This document shows, one piece after another, positions 12,652 to 26,149 of a DNA stretch of 64,000 bases. Position 1 is the stretch's first letter, and each line of letters starts with the position of its first letter. The translations under genes were made by a program, and so were the position numbers. The DNA is from Leucoraja erinacea. Its lineage: Eukaryota. The stretch covers positions 24,490,001-24,554,000 of the forward strand of contig NC_073397.1 of the NCBI RefSeq assembly GCF_028641065.1, in the 5' to 3' direction. The notes below the pieces were generated by a model. The model saw only the letters and a list, made by a program, of their open reading frames with translations, did no database searches and was not told the origin of the DNA.

Positions 12652-12865
12652 GAAGACACAAGGAACTGCGGATGCTGGTTTATACCAAAGATAGACACAA
12701 AGTGCTGGAGTAACTCAGTGGGTCAGGCAGCATCTCTGGAGAAAAAGGATGGGTGACATTTCAGGTTGGGTGCCTTCGGGAAGGGTCAGGACCTGAAACA
12801 TCACCCATGCTATTTCTCCAGAGATGCTGCCTGATCCACTGAATTACTCCAGCACTTTGTGTCTA
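12652..12865. mobile_element. Fold-back (inverted dimer) Penelope-type repeat with 14-bp TSD
   Basis: 12692-12865 is an imperfect palindrome; TAAACATTTTGAAA at 12638-12651 and 12864-12877. Confidence 0.8.
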
Positions 12866-12924
12866 AACATTTTGAAAATTTATTTATCCATAGAATTGAT
12901 GTGTGAATACCATATGATTTAAGT

Positions 12925-13312
12925 TATAGAAACTTACAAAATTCTTAAGGGGTTGTACAGGCTAGATGCAGGAAGATTGTTCCTGATGTTGGGGAAGTCC
13001 AGAACAAGGGGTCACAGTTTAAGGATAAGGGGAAATCTTTTAGGACCGAGATGAGGAAAACTTTTTTCACACAGAGAGTGGTGAATCTCTGGAATTCTCT
13101 CCCGCAGAAGGTAGTTGAAGCCAGTTCATTGGCTATATTTAAGAGGAAGTTAGATGTGGCCCTTGTGGCTAAAGGGATCAGGGGGTATGGAGAGAAGGCA
13201 GGTACAGGATACTGAGTTGGATGATCAGCCATGATCATATTGAATGGTGGTGCAGGCTCGAAGGGCCGAATGGCCTACTCCTGCACCTATTTTCTATGTT
13301 TCTTTGTTTCTA
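12925..13312 (+). mobile_element. CR1 LINE 3' end
   Basis: FFTQRVVNLWNSLP-encoding segment; tail TTTCTATGTTTCT. Confidence 0.9.
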
Positions 13313-16300
13313 AGTGCATCCCCAATAAATATTATTTACAATTACTGAAATTAATACTGTAGGAAATAGCACAATATGTTATTTCAGGCATTTAATTCCA
13401 GTTATTATTGATTTAAAAGCTGTTTGAATGACAGAGCAGCATTTAGATGAGGCATTTCTGTGGACAGTTTTTCTCTGTTGTTGAATGCTAGCTCAATGTA
13501 AAATTTCACAGTTTGATGGATTAGGGATGAGCATTTTAAATTTCCAGAAGCAAGTTAATTAAAACTCTTTGCATGTTTTTCTCACCTTGTTCTTTCACAG
13601 GATGTGTGCATTTTTGGCAAGATGAGTATTTATTATTCATTCTTAGTTGCCCTTGAAAAGCTGGTGAGCTGCATACCTAAATTACTGCGGAAGGTATTCC
13701 ATTGAGATGTTAGATACGGAGCTGCATGATCCTGATCCATCAACAATGATTGAACATTTAAAAAAATGCCTAAAGATGATGGTATATGATTTGGAGGGGA
13801 ACTTGAAAGTGATGGTATTCTTTATTGATAGCGCCATACATTGATGAAGCAGTCAACAGGTATTTTCTGTCTCTGAATATCGGATGCAGTGTACAAAACA
13901 CTGATGTTGTTACTTAGTGCATTTGTTGTTAACAACAGGGGTGAATTTCCAGGCAATTATCTTCTTTGCTATTATGCAACTTGGACCCGTTGCTTTTCGA
14001 CTGAGTAAACGATATTTGCTATGAAGATCAAATATTTATATGTTTATTTACTTTACTATTTCCTTCCTACATTCATAAAGTTCTATTTTTAATCATGAAT
14101 TCAGTTCATTTCTTCTGCCTTTCCCTGATCATCTCATGCCTTTTATTTAGAAACCTACCATATAAAATCTAATGTAACAAGAAGGAACTGCAGATGCTGG
14201 TTTATACCAAAGAAATACACAAGATCTCTCATCTTAAACTCGGGCCTTCTAGTTCTAGATTTCTCCTTCCCTGTGTATTCACCCTATCTATTCCCCTCAT
14301 GAAGTTATACAACTTTATTAGTCTCCTGCCCTTTAAGGAATAAAATCCAAGTCTGCCGAACCTCTAAGAAGGCAACAAATGTACATTGTACAATATTGGA
14401 TGCCATTGTAGGACATTGGCATACATTGGACATGTGGAGGTCCTAGCATGAAACTGCTGACTATGATACGTGTGGTAAATTCTGGCCTTTAGATTGCTTC
14501 CAAGCATGTGTCATTTGCCTTGCTATTCAATATTTTCATGCATTTCAATTCCACATCAATCTCCATTGCATCTAAAGCATAATCCAGTGCCACACTGACG
14601 TAATCTTACCCTGTCTCCTTTCTCATGTCACCTATTTTTGGGGGGAGCATTTTATGACCTGAAATTGCTTACCCCACGACCCCATCTCTGTATTAGCCGT
14701 AATTTCCAGTGTTGCTAGTCGTACCATCAGAGCAAATCCTATGTGTTGTTAATGGTGGCAGTGTTTAGTATCTGAAGTCTGGATATGCTCTGGTCTTGAT
14801 TTTGGTTTGACTTTGTTCTGGACTCAAACATAATCTTAGTTAGGTTTGATTTACATTTAAATACCATTCTCTTAATCTTAATCTTCAAACCTGGTCTTCT
14901 GAAGGAAAGTAAAAAGCCCCTTTCAGGTTTAATTGTTAAATATCTGTAAATCCTTGAAAATTGCACGACAATATTTCCGTTGAAAAGCATAGCATCAGTT
15001 TTTCTGTGTGTTCATAATGCTATGAGTAGGTATATCAGAATTAGTAGGAGTCTTTATTTTTTTCTGCCAAAAGCAATTTAGAAGTGTAAACAAGCTAATT
15101 AAGCCCAACATGGAAATCTTCAGACTGAATAGCGTTGCAAATTACAGGTTTCCTGCTGTTATGCTATGATATAGTTTTGTTGTTGTAAAAATTAACCTAG
15201 CCTTATGAGGGTTACACTTTCAATTCACCACACTTATTGCTGTTGTTTTTGCTGTCTTTAAGCTTCCCATTTTCTGAGAACTGTGTTCATAAAGGAAACG
15301 GATATCAATGCCAGAAGTGGATTTATTTTCACGGTTAACATATTATAGCGAAAAAATTCCTGGTGTGATGTGCCACGCAGAGGAATGTATGGTCCTTGTT
15401 ATAGGAATAAGCACAGTGGTGTTTTGGACCTTCTCGGGTCAAAGACCGGCACTGCAGTAGTTTGACCTTCTGTGCACGAGCAAATCAATAGCTCCTCTAG
15501 AATCTTTCTCTACTTTGATGCATTTTTATGTGATTCCTGGCTTACACTGATGGTTTAGCAATAGTGTGAAGCCGAAAATATTTCATCCTAATGCCAAGCT
15601 AAATGCTCCATTAAATCATGCTTTTATCATCACACTTTGAGTTGAATAACATTGCTTCGCAATAGCAAATCAGGCAGTAGAGGGAACAAAATACATTCCC
15701 ATCGCAAATATACTGACATGAAACCTTTCATCATTTAGAAACCTTGGTTATTGAAAAGAATGATGTAAGGAAATTGGATAGAGAATAAAAGGGTCATCAA
15801 GTTGCTCTTGGGCATTTTGCCCTGACAACCAATATACATTCCACCTATTACATTTGGGACAGAAATGTATGTGGTGAATATATTCACCACAGAGAGGGAG
15901 TAATGGGGGAGGTCCATGGCATTTTCCTGTCTGTCACACTGCAATCATTTACTGGCATGCGTGATGTTCAACATATTTTGTATAATAAGACAGGCCTTGC
16001 ACATGCAGATTGGCACAAAATACATTCCTCTGTAATTCCACAATGGGTGAGCCAGTGCAGAAGTAGATTGAGAAAGGAAAAAAAAACACATTATACAGTG
16101 AAAATACTCAAGCAGCATCTATGGGGCAGGAAATCAATCCAGATCAAGGACCTTTCATCCAAACTTGGGTTGTGTGAAATCTGGAAGTGTTTTGGAAGCC
16201 TTGGGATGAACATAGCAAAACTAACAGGCAGCAATCCCCACCATTTTACTGTTGAGATATTCATTCAGTGGATACCTCAATGCTAGGAGAGAACAAGCAA

Positions 16301-16654
16301 CAATTGGGCCATCAAGACTTAGGGTAAGTGGAGATGAAGTCTCATTGAGGTAAGACTGAAATGAAACTGTCAACGCCAGAAACATGGCGATTTTTTATGT
16401 AATGCCTCGGTAAAGTCTGCTGAATAATTTTACCTGATTAAATACAAAAATAAAGAATTTCACTGTACATAGGTACATATGACTATGAAGTATCGTTGAA
16501 TCATCAATGAATCATTAATTTTGGAATACTATTCCTTTACAAAGCTCATAAAAATGCTGCCCTAGGTTAAGTAATTTTGAGTCTCTTGTCAGTACATGTT
16601 CCTTTACCTACGAATCTGATTTCTTCTGATGTGAATGCAATGTTAGGGATAGAT

Positions 16655-16988
16655 ACTTTACAGTACAGAAACAGAGCATTTGGCCCAGTGACCCAGTACT
16701 AACCATCAACTATCAATCAACGGCTCAATTACTCTAATCATAAATTATTCTTCCATTTTTATCATAAATCTTCCCAGATTCTACTGCTCACCTACACACA
16801 AGGGAACATTTACAGTGGCCAATAAACATATTAACTTGTACAATTTTAGGATGTGGGAGTAGACTGGAGCACCTGGAGGTAACACATGCAGCCACAGGGA
16901 GAATGAGCAAACTCCATAGAGATAGCACCGGTCAGAATTGAACCAGGATCTCCCGTGCTATGGAGCAGTAATTCTACTAGCTGTGCAT
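16655..16988 (-). mobile_element. Old V-SINE
   Basis: Degenerate V-domain GGATGTGGGAGTAGACTGGAGCACCTGGAGG. Confidence 0.6.
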
Positions 16989-17723
16989 CTTTATCTTTGG
17001 CATATAAAAAAATACCAAAACAAATGTCAGTGAAAACAGATGTAACAGTGAAAAGACTCCATTCACCATAAATGGATTAGCTGCAACCATGTAACATACA
17101 TCAAGGTAATATCTTTGATAATTTTGCATTTGAATTAATTATACAATATCACATAATTAATATTTTTTTTCTAATAGAAAAACAGAGAACCCTGTGTTCC
17201 CTTTTTAAATGGCGTCTGAGATTGAAAGCCATAGCAGACATTAAGAGCAATTTAATAATAAAATACAACAAATGCTAATTAGTTCATGTCCTTTCATGTT
17301 TGACTGATTAATTTCACTTAAGGAGTTTAGAAAACCCTTTTTTAATGGCGTGCATTTTAAAGTCAACAGTGAATAAGGGTACGTGGAATTGCACACAGAC
17401 GTTTTGTGGTTTTGATTCAGGTACATGTGAGAATGTCTTGTTTACTCCTTGAACTGAACTTGGGGCTTTGGTGGTATAGAGGAGGAACAAATGTGGAGTA
17501 GAAACTCATGCCCGGCCAGAGTCAATGAATGCTTGATAAACTGGGGTATGCATAATGTACTGTGGTGCACAGGAGTCAATTGGATAGAACATTAAGCTCT
17601 GAGCACCATGCACTTACACAATTATATTCTGAGGTTAAGACATGTGAGCAAGGATCAACCTACATTGATCCCAAAATAAAGGATTTATTTGCCACTAATC
17701 TTTAATAAGCAAATTGTACAAAT

Positions 17724-19938
17724 ATTTATTTCCGGATGCGGCTATGGTGGTGGCTAGAGATTTTAATAAATTAAAGCTCAAAAAGGTAATGTCCAACTTC
17801 CACCGATACATCACGTGTGCCACCAGGGGGGAAGAATCTTGGACCACTGCTATACGCCGTTCCGGAAAGGCTACAAGGTCGTTTCACTCCCTCCTTTTGG
17901 AAAATCTGCCAATGCAGCCATTTTCCTGTTGCCGGAATATAAACAACGAATAGGACGGGAAGCGGCGGTGACGAGGGACATAAAGCGGTAGTCCGACCAG
18001 TCAAAGGCCATGCTGCAAGATGCACTGACCAATGTCAACTGAAATATGTTCCAAGCAAGTTCCAGTGATGTCAGTTCGCGGAAGCGGTCACGGACTTCAT
18101 TGCAACAATAGCCGATAACATTGTCCCCACGGTAAGGGTTAGCATCTTCCCTAATCAAAAACCCTAGGTGGACAGGTCCATTTGCGTTGTCTTGAATGCT
18201 CGCACCACTGCTTACAACTCTGGCCTGGCATCCAGAAATAAGGACGACTACAAGGTAGAGTCCTACCGACTGCGAAGGGCGGTGAAGGACGCAAAAAGGA
18301 GGTACAGAGGCAGGATGGAGTCGCAGATAGAGTAGAGTCTGGACAGAGTCTGGACCCTGCCAAAGACCAGACGCCTTTGGCAGGGGCTACGGACTATAAC
18401 TATCTACCGGAGCAGGCCCCCTTCAACCGGAAGTGCCGTGCCCTAGCTGATGACCTGAACTCTTTCTACGCATGTTACGAGACAGGAGTAGAAAGAGTTC
18501 AGGTCATCTGCTAGGTTGCCGGCTAACAACAACACCGCCAGCGCGCTGGCTAGCAAGGCTGGAGGGAGGTCCTCCTCTGGGGATGGATACACAATCTTGT
18601 TGTCCGAGCACGACGTGAGGAGGGCTCTGACACATGTGAACATGAGAAAGCTGGAGGCCCAGATGCTATATCTGGGCGAGTACTTAAGTCTTGTGCTACT
18701 CAGCTAGCTCCGGTGCTCACTGCAATATTCAACCTCTTCCTGGCCAGGTCCGTGGTCCCTGCCTGCTTCAAAAGATCCATCATTGTACCTGTACCAAAGA
18801 ATGCTTCTCCAGCTTGTTTGAATGACTACCGACCGGTGGCCCTCACCTCGGTAGTCATGAAATGCTTCGAGAGGCTGGTCAAGAACCACATCTGCGCCTT
18901 CCTCTCTCACAACATGGGCCCGCTACAGTTCGCATACCATCCAAACAGATCCACGGACGATGCGGTCTCCCCAGTTCTGCACACCGCTCTCTCTCACCTT
19001 GACAGCCAGAAGGGGGGCTATGTGAGGATGCAGTTCATTGACTACAGTTCAGCCTTCAACACGATAGTCCCCACCAGACTTGCTGAGAAGCTGCTGGAAC
19101 TGGGACTTAACACTCCCCTGTGTGCCTGGCTCCTGGACGTTCTCACCGCCAGGCCCCAGGTAGTCAAGATGGGAGGAAATACATCAAAGACCCTCAACCT
19201 GAGCACAGGATCCCCCCAAGGTTGTGTCCTCAGCCCCCACTGTACTCCCTGTACACACATGACTGTGTGTCTAGGTTCAGCTACAACTCTATAATGAAGT
19301 TTGCTGATGACACTGTGATGTCACCGAAAATAATGAGAAGGCCTACCGGGAAGAGGTGGCTGATCTGACACTTTGGTGTCAGGGCAACAGCCTCCTCTTG
19401 AATGTCAAACTCAGCTTCTACTCAGCGGTTGTAGAAAGCATCTTGTCTGGAAACATCACAATCTGGTTTGGGAACTGCTCTGCCCGGGACAAAAAGGCTC
19501 TGCAAAATAGTGTGTTCGGCCGAACGCGCTATGGGAACTACACTCGCCCCTCTGCAAGAACTATACATCAGAAGGTGCAGATCCAGAGCCAGCAACATTA
19601 TGGGGGACCCCTTCCACCTCAGCAATGGACTGTTCCAGCTGTTACGGTCAGGCAAACGCTTCCGCTGTCATGATGTGAAAACAGAGGATGAGACCTAGTT
19701 TCTTCCCAGAGGCCGTTAGGACTGTAAACTCTTATCTCACCAGGGACTAACTTAATCTACCAAACTACTGTTGTGTTGTGTCTTTTAAAAATTGCTGGGT
19801 TTTTTTCTCACCAATATGTAATTACTGATTCTGTTCTATTCTGTTTTGTCATTTTTTGCACATTCCGCAGGCATTGCCACTTTTCATTTCGCTACACATC
19901 TCGTATGCGTATGTGACAACTAAAGTTGACTTGACTTA
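17724..19938 (+). mobile_element. Rex1/Babar LINE, decayed ORF2 (APE end, RT, C-terminus) and 3' UTR
   Basis: [72 protein letters not shown]; (GACTT)n tail; stops and frameshifts. Confidence 0.9.
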
Positions 19939-20466
19939 ATCCAGAGAAAATTAAGTTTTTGATCATTTGTAGATTAACTTCTGACTGACGTGAAATTCAA
20001 CGTGTGTTGCGTGTACTATTCATTATAGCTCATCTAATTGCATTTTCTGTGTTCGACGCAGACCTGACTATTTATACAACACTCCTTTATACAACACACA
20101 TGTTCTTATTAGCAACAATTGGACACAGAGCTACAACTAATGATCTTCATTGGTTTGTCAGTAAAAGTGAGAGATCATCACACGATGATGTTGCTTTAAC
20201 CTTTATTTACAGAGACACCCTGCTGACGCAATGATACCGGTCAGGTCAGCTTCAGGAATCATGAAAGGTTGCTCAAACATCTCCCAAAGCCAACAGAAAA
20301 TAAGTTAAACCAATAGAGACTATTTTCTCTAACATCTTGCAGCTGAGATATTTATTGGGTGTCTCAATGTTGAGTTTGCTCTCAGCACTTGAAGAAACAA
20401 AGAACTGCTGATGCTGGTCAATACACAAAGAAGAGGTCTCTGAGCATATAACATTGAACATCATGA

Positions 20467-20608
20467 TAGAAACATAGAAACATAGAAAATAGGTGCAGGA
20501 GTAGGCCATTCGGCCCTTCGAGCCTGCACCGCCATTCAACATGATCATGGCAGATCATCCAACTCAGTATCCTGTACCTGCCTTCTCTCCATAACCCCGA
20601 TCCCTTTA
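20467..20608 (-). mobile_element. CR1 3' tail
   Basis: (CATAGAAA)n ATAGGTGCAGGAGTAGGCCATTCGG. Confidence 0.85.
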
Positions 20609-22037
20609 CTGAGCAGTTCTGGGAAACCCTTGGCAAGACCTGCTGCTCTCTAGCCATAGAAATGATATATTTTAATCTATCTAGACATTGCTTCTAACAC
20701 AAACAATACTTGGCTGTATCTAAAAGCCTCTTAAAATGAGTGGATTGCTAAATTATTTCAGAAGACAATTAGGGCCTGGAGTCACATAAAGGTCAGACCA
20801 TGGGAGCATGAACACCAGTAAACCTGATGGGGGTGTTTGTGGACATCCAGCAGTTTGAAGGTCATGAAGATGAATTTGCCTTCTATTGAGAAGAAGCCTT
20901 TGTCATCTCTGAAATGCAGCAGTGCTCAGGAGATAGAACTATAGGTCTGTAATATTCACATTTTTAATGAGGTAAAAGTGACATATTTAAGGGAGGCTTG
21001 ATATGCATGCAGAAAAGAGATGAGATATGAAGGGAAATCATGATTACAGTGTGAGGAACATAAGGAAGGATATTGACCAGAAAGATTAGATAGCTTATTT
21101 CTGTGCTATATGTTCTGTTTTGGTTAATTAATAACTTTTCTGCATGAAAGAAGTGTTATAAAAACATAGTGCGATATTCTTTACTAAAGTTGCTGAACAG
21201 CACACACAAAAACTTTTTTAATAAACCTAAACAAACATTAGAAACTGCAGAAAAAAACGAACTGAAAATACTGGGAACACTGAGGAACAGAGTTAATGTC
21301 AAGCATCTTTCATCTGAAACTAGCAGAAATTTCAGAAGAAAATAACCATAAAATTTGAATGCATTTTATGACCACAAAAATCACAAAAGACCTGCTCCTC
21401 TTAAATAAAATTCTGTTTATACTGTCACATAACTAGAAAAATATTTTTTAAATATATCATTGGGAGAGCTGACCACATATATAATACATTTGAACCTTCA
21501 AAGGTGGCTTTTTTTCCTGTGTGTTTTGCCAGTATGGAAAATTCTTCATATAATTTCTTATTTTTTTAGAATTCACTTAGAAAATAAAGCACAGATGCCT
21601 AATTATATTAGACTTTTAAGACAAATCTGTTTGTTCTGTTTTAGCTTCCTCACATTGGCTTTATACTATATCTTCAATATAAATTGATCTGGCGATCTTA
21701 CTTTGTTGCTCATTAGCATCATTACAAAACGTTTCACAGGTCTTAGCAGGTTGTATTGATAATTCAGAAGATTTATAAATCAATTAGTTTACTACTTTGA
21801 GAAGTAAATTGAAAGGGTTATTAATGCCCGTTTCATTTCAGTCACCAACAACGTAGAACATCAAGTTCTCTACAAAACCCTTTGTGAACCTTAAACAAAT
21901 GAGCGAGTAAACAGTTCATTTAATCCAAACTTAATGCACATTATGAACACTCATCTCTTATATAGTGAACATTCCAAGTAAATTGAAGGTAGACACAAAA
22001 CTCAGCGGGACAGGCAGCATCTTTGGAGAGAAGGAAT

Positions 22038-22602
22038 TGATGAAGCTGAATAAAGTTACAAAAATAAGAAGATATTAAATTGGCTTCTGGGCTAGTTTAC
22101 AGCTTATATTTAGTCTCAAATTAGGCTTGCTTCAGGTTGTGGTGTGTGAGATAATAAATACTATAACATTGTCTCCCAAGTGACGAGGTGACAGAGAGGA
22201 AGAGAGAAAGAGCTAGAGTCATCTCTTCGAAGTAAGATGTCGTAAACCAAGTGTCCTATGTTTATGAGGGAGGAGGTGACAAGCGAGGAGAAGCTAGACT
22301 GATCTAAGGGAATGTGACAAAATGCCTTTGATGTTATGCCTTTTCCTGTACCTCTGACTGTGACTAATGTCTGTGGAATGTGCTAAGGTGACAACGAAAC
22401 TATATAATGCGATGTAATTCTGTTGTTCAGAGAAGTGGATGAGGACGGCGAAGTGTCTGTAATTGCTCACTTGACTGGAGTTCTCCCTCCCTTCCATCGG
22501 CCGATAATAAGTAAAGTTTTGAACTGGTCTACCAAACAGTTTGTGTGGTGTCTGTTTATTAAGAAGCGAACCTGTTTAGTTGTTATAAAAGTAACTTTTT
22601 CA
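22038..22602 (+). mobile_element. Solo LTR (ERV- or Gypsy-like)
   Basis: TGA...TCA ends; 4-bp TSD GAAT/GAAC; splits a Penelope-type repeat; TATATAA near 22400 and AGTAAA near 22510. Confidence 0.7.
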
Positions 22603-23819
22603 GAACGGGTGATGTTTTGGGTCAAGACCCTTCTTCAGACTCCTTCCAAGTAAGTTCCTTTTGTTTTTACAAGATATGCCTTACTTTGGTTACTGCTGCA
22701 ACAAGAGTTTATAACTAATATAGATTGAATTTGTTTCTGAGGCAGATTTTTAATTTTGAAGAGGATGAGAATGAAAGAAGAGAGGTGTTTTTCAAGGTTC
22801 ATATCTATCCTTCCACATCAAGTCATGTTGTCTGACACAGGTGCATTGAGGAACAAGCACATGGAACTGAATTTACAGGTTTCAAATCAAAAGAAGCATT
22901 TCGATGGGCATGTAATCTGGTAGAATTTGACAAATGTATCCATAGCAATAAGTGTGGGGAGGGAGGGGGAGGTAGATTGTCATGAGTCTACATTCTCTAA
23001 AGCTCTGAGCAGAAGCTCACATTCTGGAAGATAAATCCGTGGGATGTAAACCTAAAACAAGGCGACGCAAAATGCTGGAGTAAAAGAGGTGACATTTTGG
23101 GTTGGGACCCTTCTTCGGAAGAAAGGAGGCTTGTCCTCTTTATTTCTCTTTAAAAGATTCCAAGTAGTCTTGATAAGGTGATTTGGAGATGATGTTTCCT
23201 CTCGTGGGACAACTGAGAACTGAGAATTGCTTTGAAAATATAAAGAATCACCCACTCAGCACAGAACTTAGGTGATATATTTGTTCTCTATGAGACTTGT
23301 GAGTCTTTGGAACTCAATTCAATGCAGGGTGGTGGAAGCAGAAGCTTAGAAGAGGTTATTAGTTGTAGTCTGAATAAGCAAAGGAGTTAAAATTTACAGC
23401 GAAAGGCAGGGACTCCAAGTTAAGGATGCTGTCTGGTCAGCCTTGATCTCATTGAATAGCAGATCAGGCTCAGAGTGCCTCATTGCTGCTTCTAATTCCA
23501 ATGTGCATGTATCTCACTACATCGCATAGAAGGGGCATTCTCTGAAGTTAAACTAATAATAATCATGCGTATTTGCAAGGGCAGAGAATGATGCTCCCGT
23601 GGTCAGCCAAGGGACATTCAATAGCAAGGCAGGTTTCAAAATCTAGCTGGGTTTGGGTCTACAATGTGCCATTAAAGCCCTTTAAATGCCCACTGCACAA
23701 TAGTCAACCTGACATTGAATGAGTTAGATTCCAATCCATTATTTGAGCACATGCCAGAACTAATCATATTTTGTTCCATCTGTGTTCAGTTTCATGTTGC
23801 TCTCAGCATGGATTTCAGA

Positions 23820-24145
23820 AGTTCATAAACGATAGGAGCAGAATTAGGCCATTTGGTCCATCAAGTCTACTCCACCATTCAATCATGGCTGATCTAGTTT
23901 TCCTCTCAACCGCATTCTCCTGCCTTCTCCCCATAGTCCCTGACGCCTGTACTAATCAAGAATCTACCAATCTCTGCCTTAAACATATACATTGACTTGG
24001 CCTCCACACCCTTCTATGGCAATGAATTCCACAGATTAAGTACTCTCTGACTAAAGAAATTCCTCCTCATCTCCTTCCAAAAGTTACATCCTTTTATTCT
24101 GAGGCTATGGTTTCTGGTCCCAGAATCTCCCACTATTGGCAACAT
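23820..24145 (-). mobile_element. CR1 3' end
   Basis: Matches other CR1 tails. Confidence 0.8.
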
Positions 24146-24245
24146 TAAACAGCTGGGTCATTTTTCTTTATAATTTTAATGTTTCAGGTCAATGCCTTTG
24201 AACCCTTATCAGAACATTTGTCCAGCACATACTAATACCAGACCC

Positions 24246-24447
24246 CAGGAGATCACGAGGTTCTTGGGGTGGAGAGGGGTGATAGCGGTATAAAGGGGAG
24301 GGTAGTGTCTTGTGTTCTGTGTCTTGTGTCTACTGTTTGTGGGTAAGTGTGTCTGTTTAGTGTTCAGCCATGAGCGAATGGCGGTGCGGGCTCGATGGAC
24401 CTGGTGGTCTGCTCTCGCACCTACTTTCTATGTTTCTATGTTTCTAT
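24246..24447 (+). mobile_element. 5'-truncated CR1-type element with a distinct 3' UTR
   Basis: Ends GGCGGTGCGGGCTCGATGG...(TTTCTATG)n; GACCC on both flanks. Confidence 0.55.
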
Positions 24448-26149
24448 GACCCGGTCGTGAAGTAGCCAGCTCAACCAGCCTTGCAGCTGCACTAGTTTAT
24501 TGCAGTCACATAGCTGTCAAAGCACTGTTAGCCTAGCTGCCATAGCCCCTCCATGAGGCTGTGTCAGTGCCTCCATGAGGCAGTGCATTAGTATTGGCAT
24601 TGGATGATTATTGTTATGTGCACCAATATGCAGTGAAGAACTTTGTTTTGTAAGCTCTCCAGGTAAATCATCCATTCATAAGTACAGTCAAACGATGCAA
24701 AATATAGTTTTACAGTTACAAAATGCAGTTTAAAGCTGATATAAAGTGGAAGGTCTAGATCACATAAGCATCCAACCCTCAGCTCAACAACTTACTGCAC
24801 TGTGGCAGGTCAAGGAGCAGAACAGTAGATCTAACCTCAGCCTCAGTATCCCCAGGTATTCCGCCTTCTCATTGGGTCCCCATTGACATGTTACCTCATA
24901 ATTCACATTTTTAGCATCTGCAGATTTTGTAAGGAATGCGGTTATTGCAACTCCTGGTATAAACACTTTACGTTAAGTGTCAGTTTTTACACTATCAACA
25001 AGTGCAAAAAGAAAAATGAGCACAAACCACCTTCTCTTCCATTTACAATTCAACTGTTGTACTAACATCTCTTTCATTCTTGTCCTCGAGCACTATTGTA
25101 TTATTAGCATTGGTCTCTGGATAGAAAGTACAAAGGTAACATCAAATTCACAGTAGATATTTCATGCATTGTGTAAGTGCACAAAAGATTGTCAGCTTGA
25201 TATGGCACTCTTGATAATGTTAAGAATTAAAGTGCTCAGATGTTTTTGTATGGCACCTTCAAATTCTACATTAGCTACTTGCTAATAAACAAAATATTAT
25301 CAGATGAGTAATTTCATATCAGGAAGACTGCACAATATGTAACTTCCCCTATCTCTTTCATCATTTATAAAGAATGTAGCATACAAGTTGCCAATTCATC
25401 CCCATGTTTGAATTGGCTATGTAATAAATCTGAAGCTCCTTACTCTAAAACTATGACTTATTCATGCCATCAAAAATTAATTTAAATAGCCTCAAAATAA
25501 CTTCTTGCATGATACTGCAATGTTCTACAAGTATATATATAGGGACCCATATATATTTAAGGCAGTGCCAACAGGGAGAAAAATGTTATTATGAATTCCA
25601 AGACGTCAAGCCATATCAAAATTTAGCTCATTCCCTGGCATAAAGGGATCACTATCTGAAAGGTATTTTTCATATTTTATATAAGTCAATTTGATTTATA
25701 TCATCAAAACATTGTCAGGTTGCTTGGCATGGGAGGATTGTTGTGCAAATGTGAACCATGTATAGATGTCTGAGTTTGTCTGTTATTTATTTACTTGCAT
25801 TATATTCTGAATTACAGATTGAACACTGAATACAAACAAGCACTTCAGTCAGATTAGAAATGTAATCTCTGAGTTACTGGAAATTGATTTTTGTAATGTG
25901 TGCTTTGTGTGTTACTATGCATATAATGTATTCAAACAATATTCAATTCAGTCTATGACTGCGTAAGTTGTTATGCTTCATTTTAAGACACATTGTCCTA
26001 ATGGGAAAACTTGAATGTTTTGATTGATTCTTGTGATGATAGCAACTAAAATAAACATTTTCTCTGCTGAGGCAATGGTCAGCTTTCATTGCTCCAATTC
26101 TGCCATCAGGAAGAAGGTACAGGAGTCCGAAAACGGTGACATCCAGGTT

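Noticed and set aside
25091-25135. Possible exon HYCIISIGLWIESTK
   Set aside because: Rare GAG acceptor, short, and no corroboration
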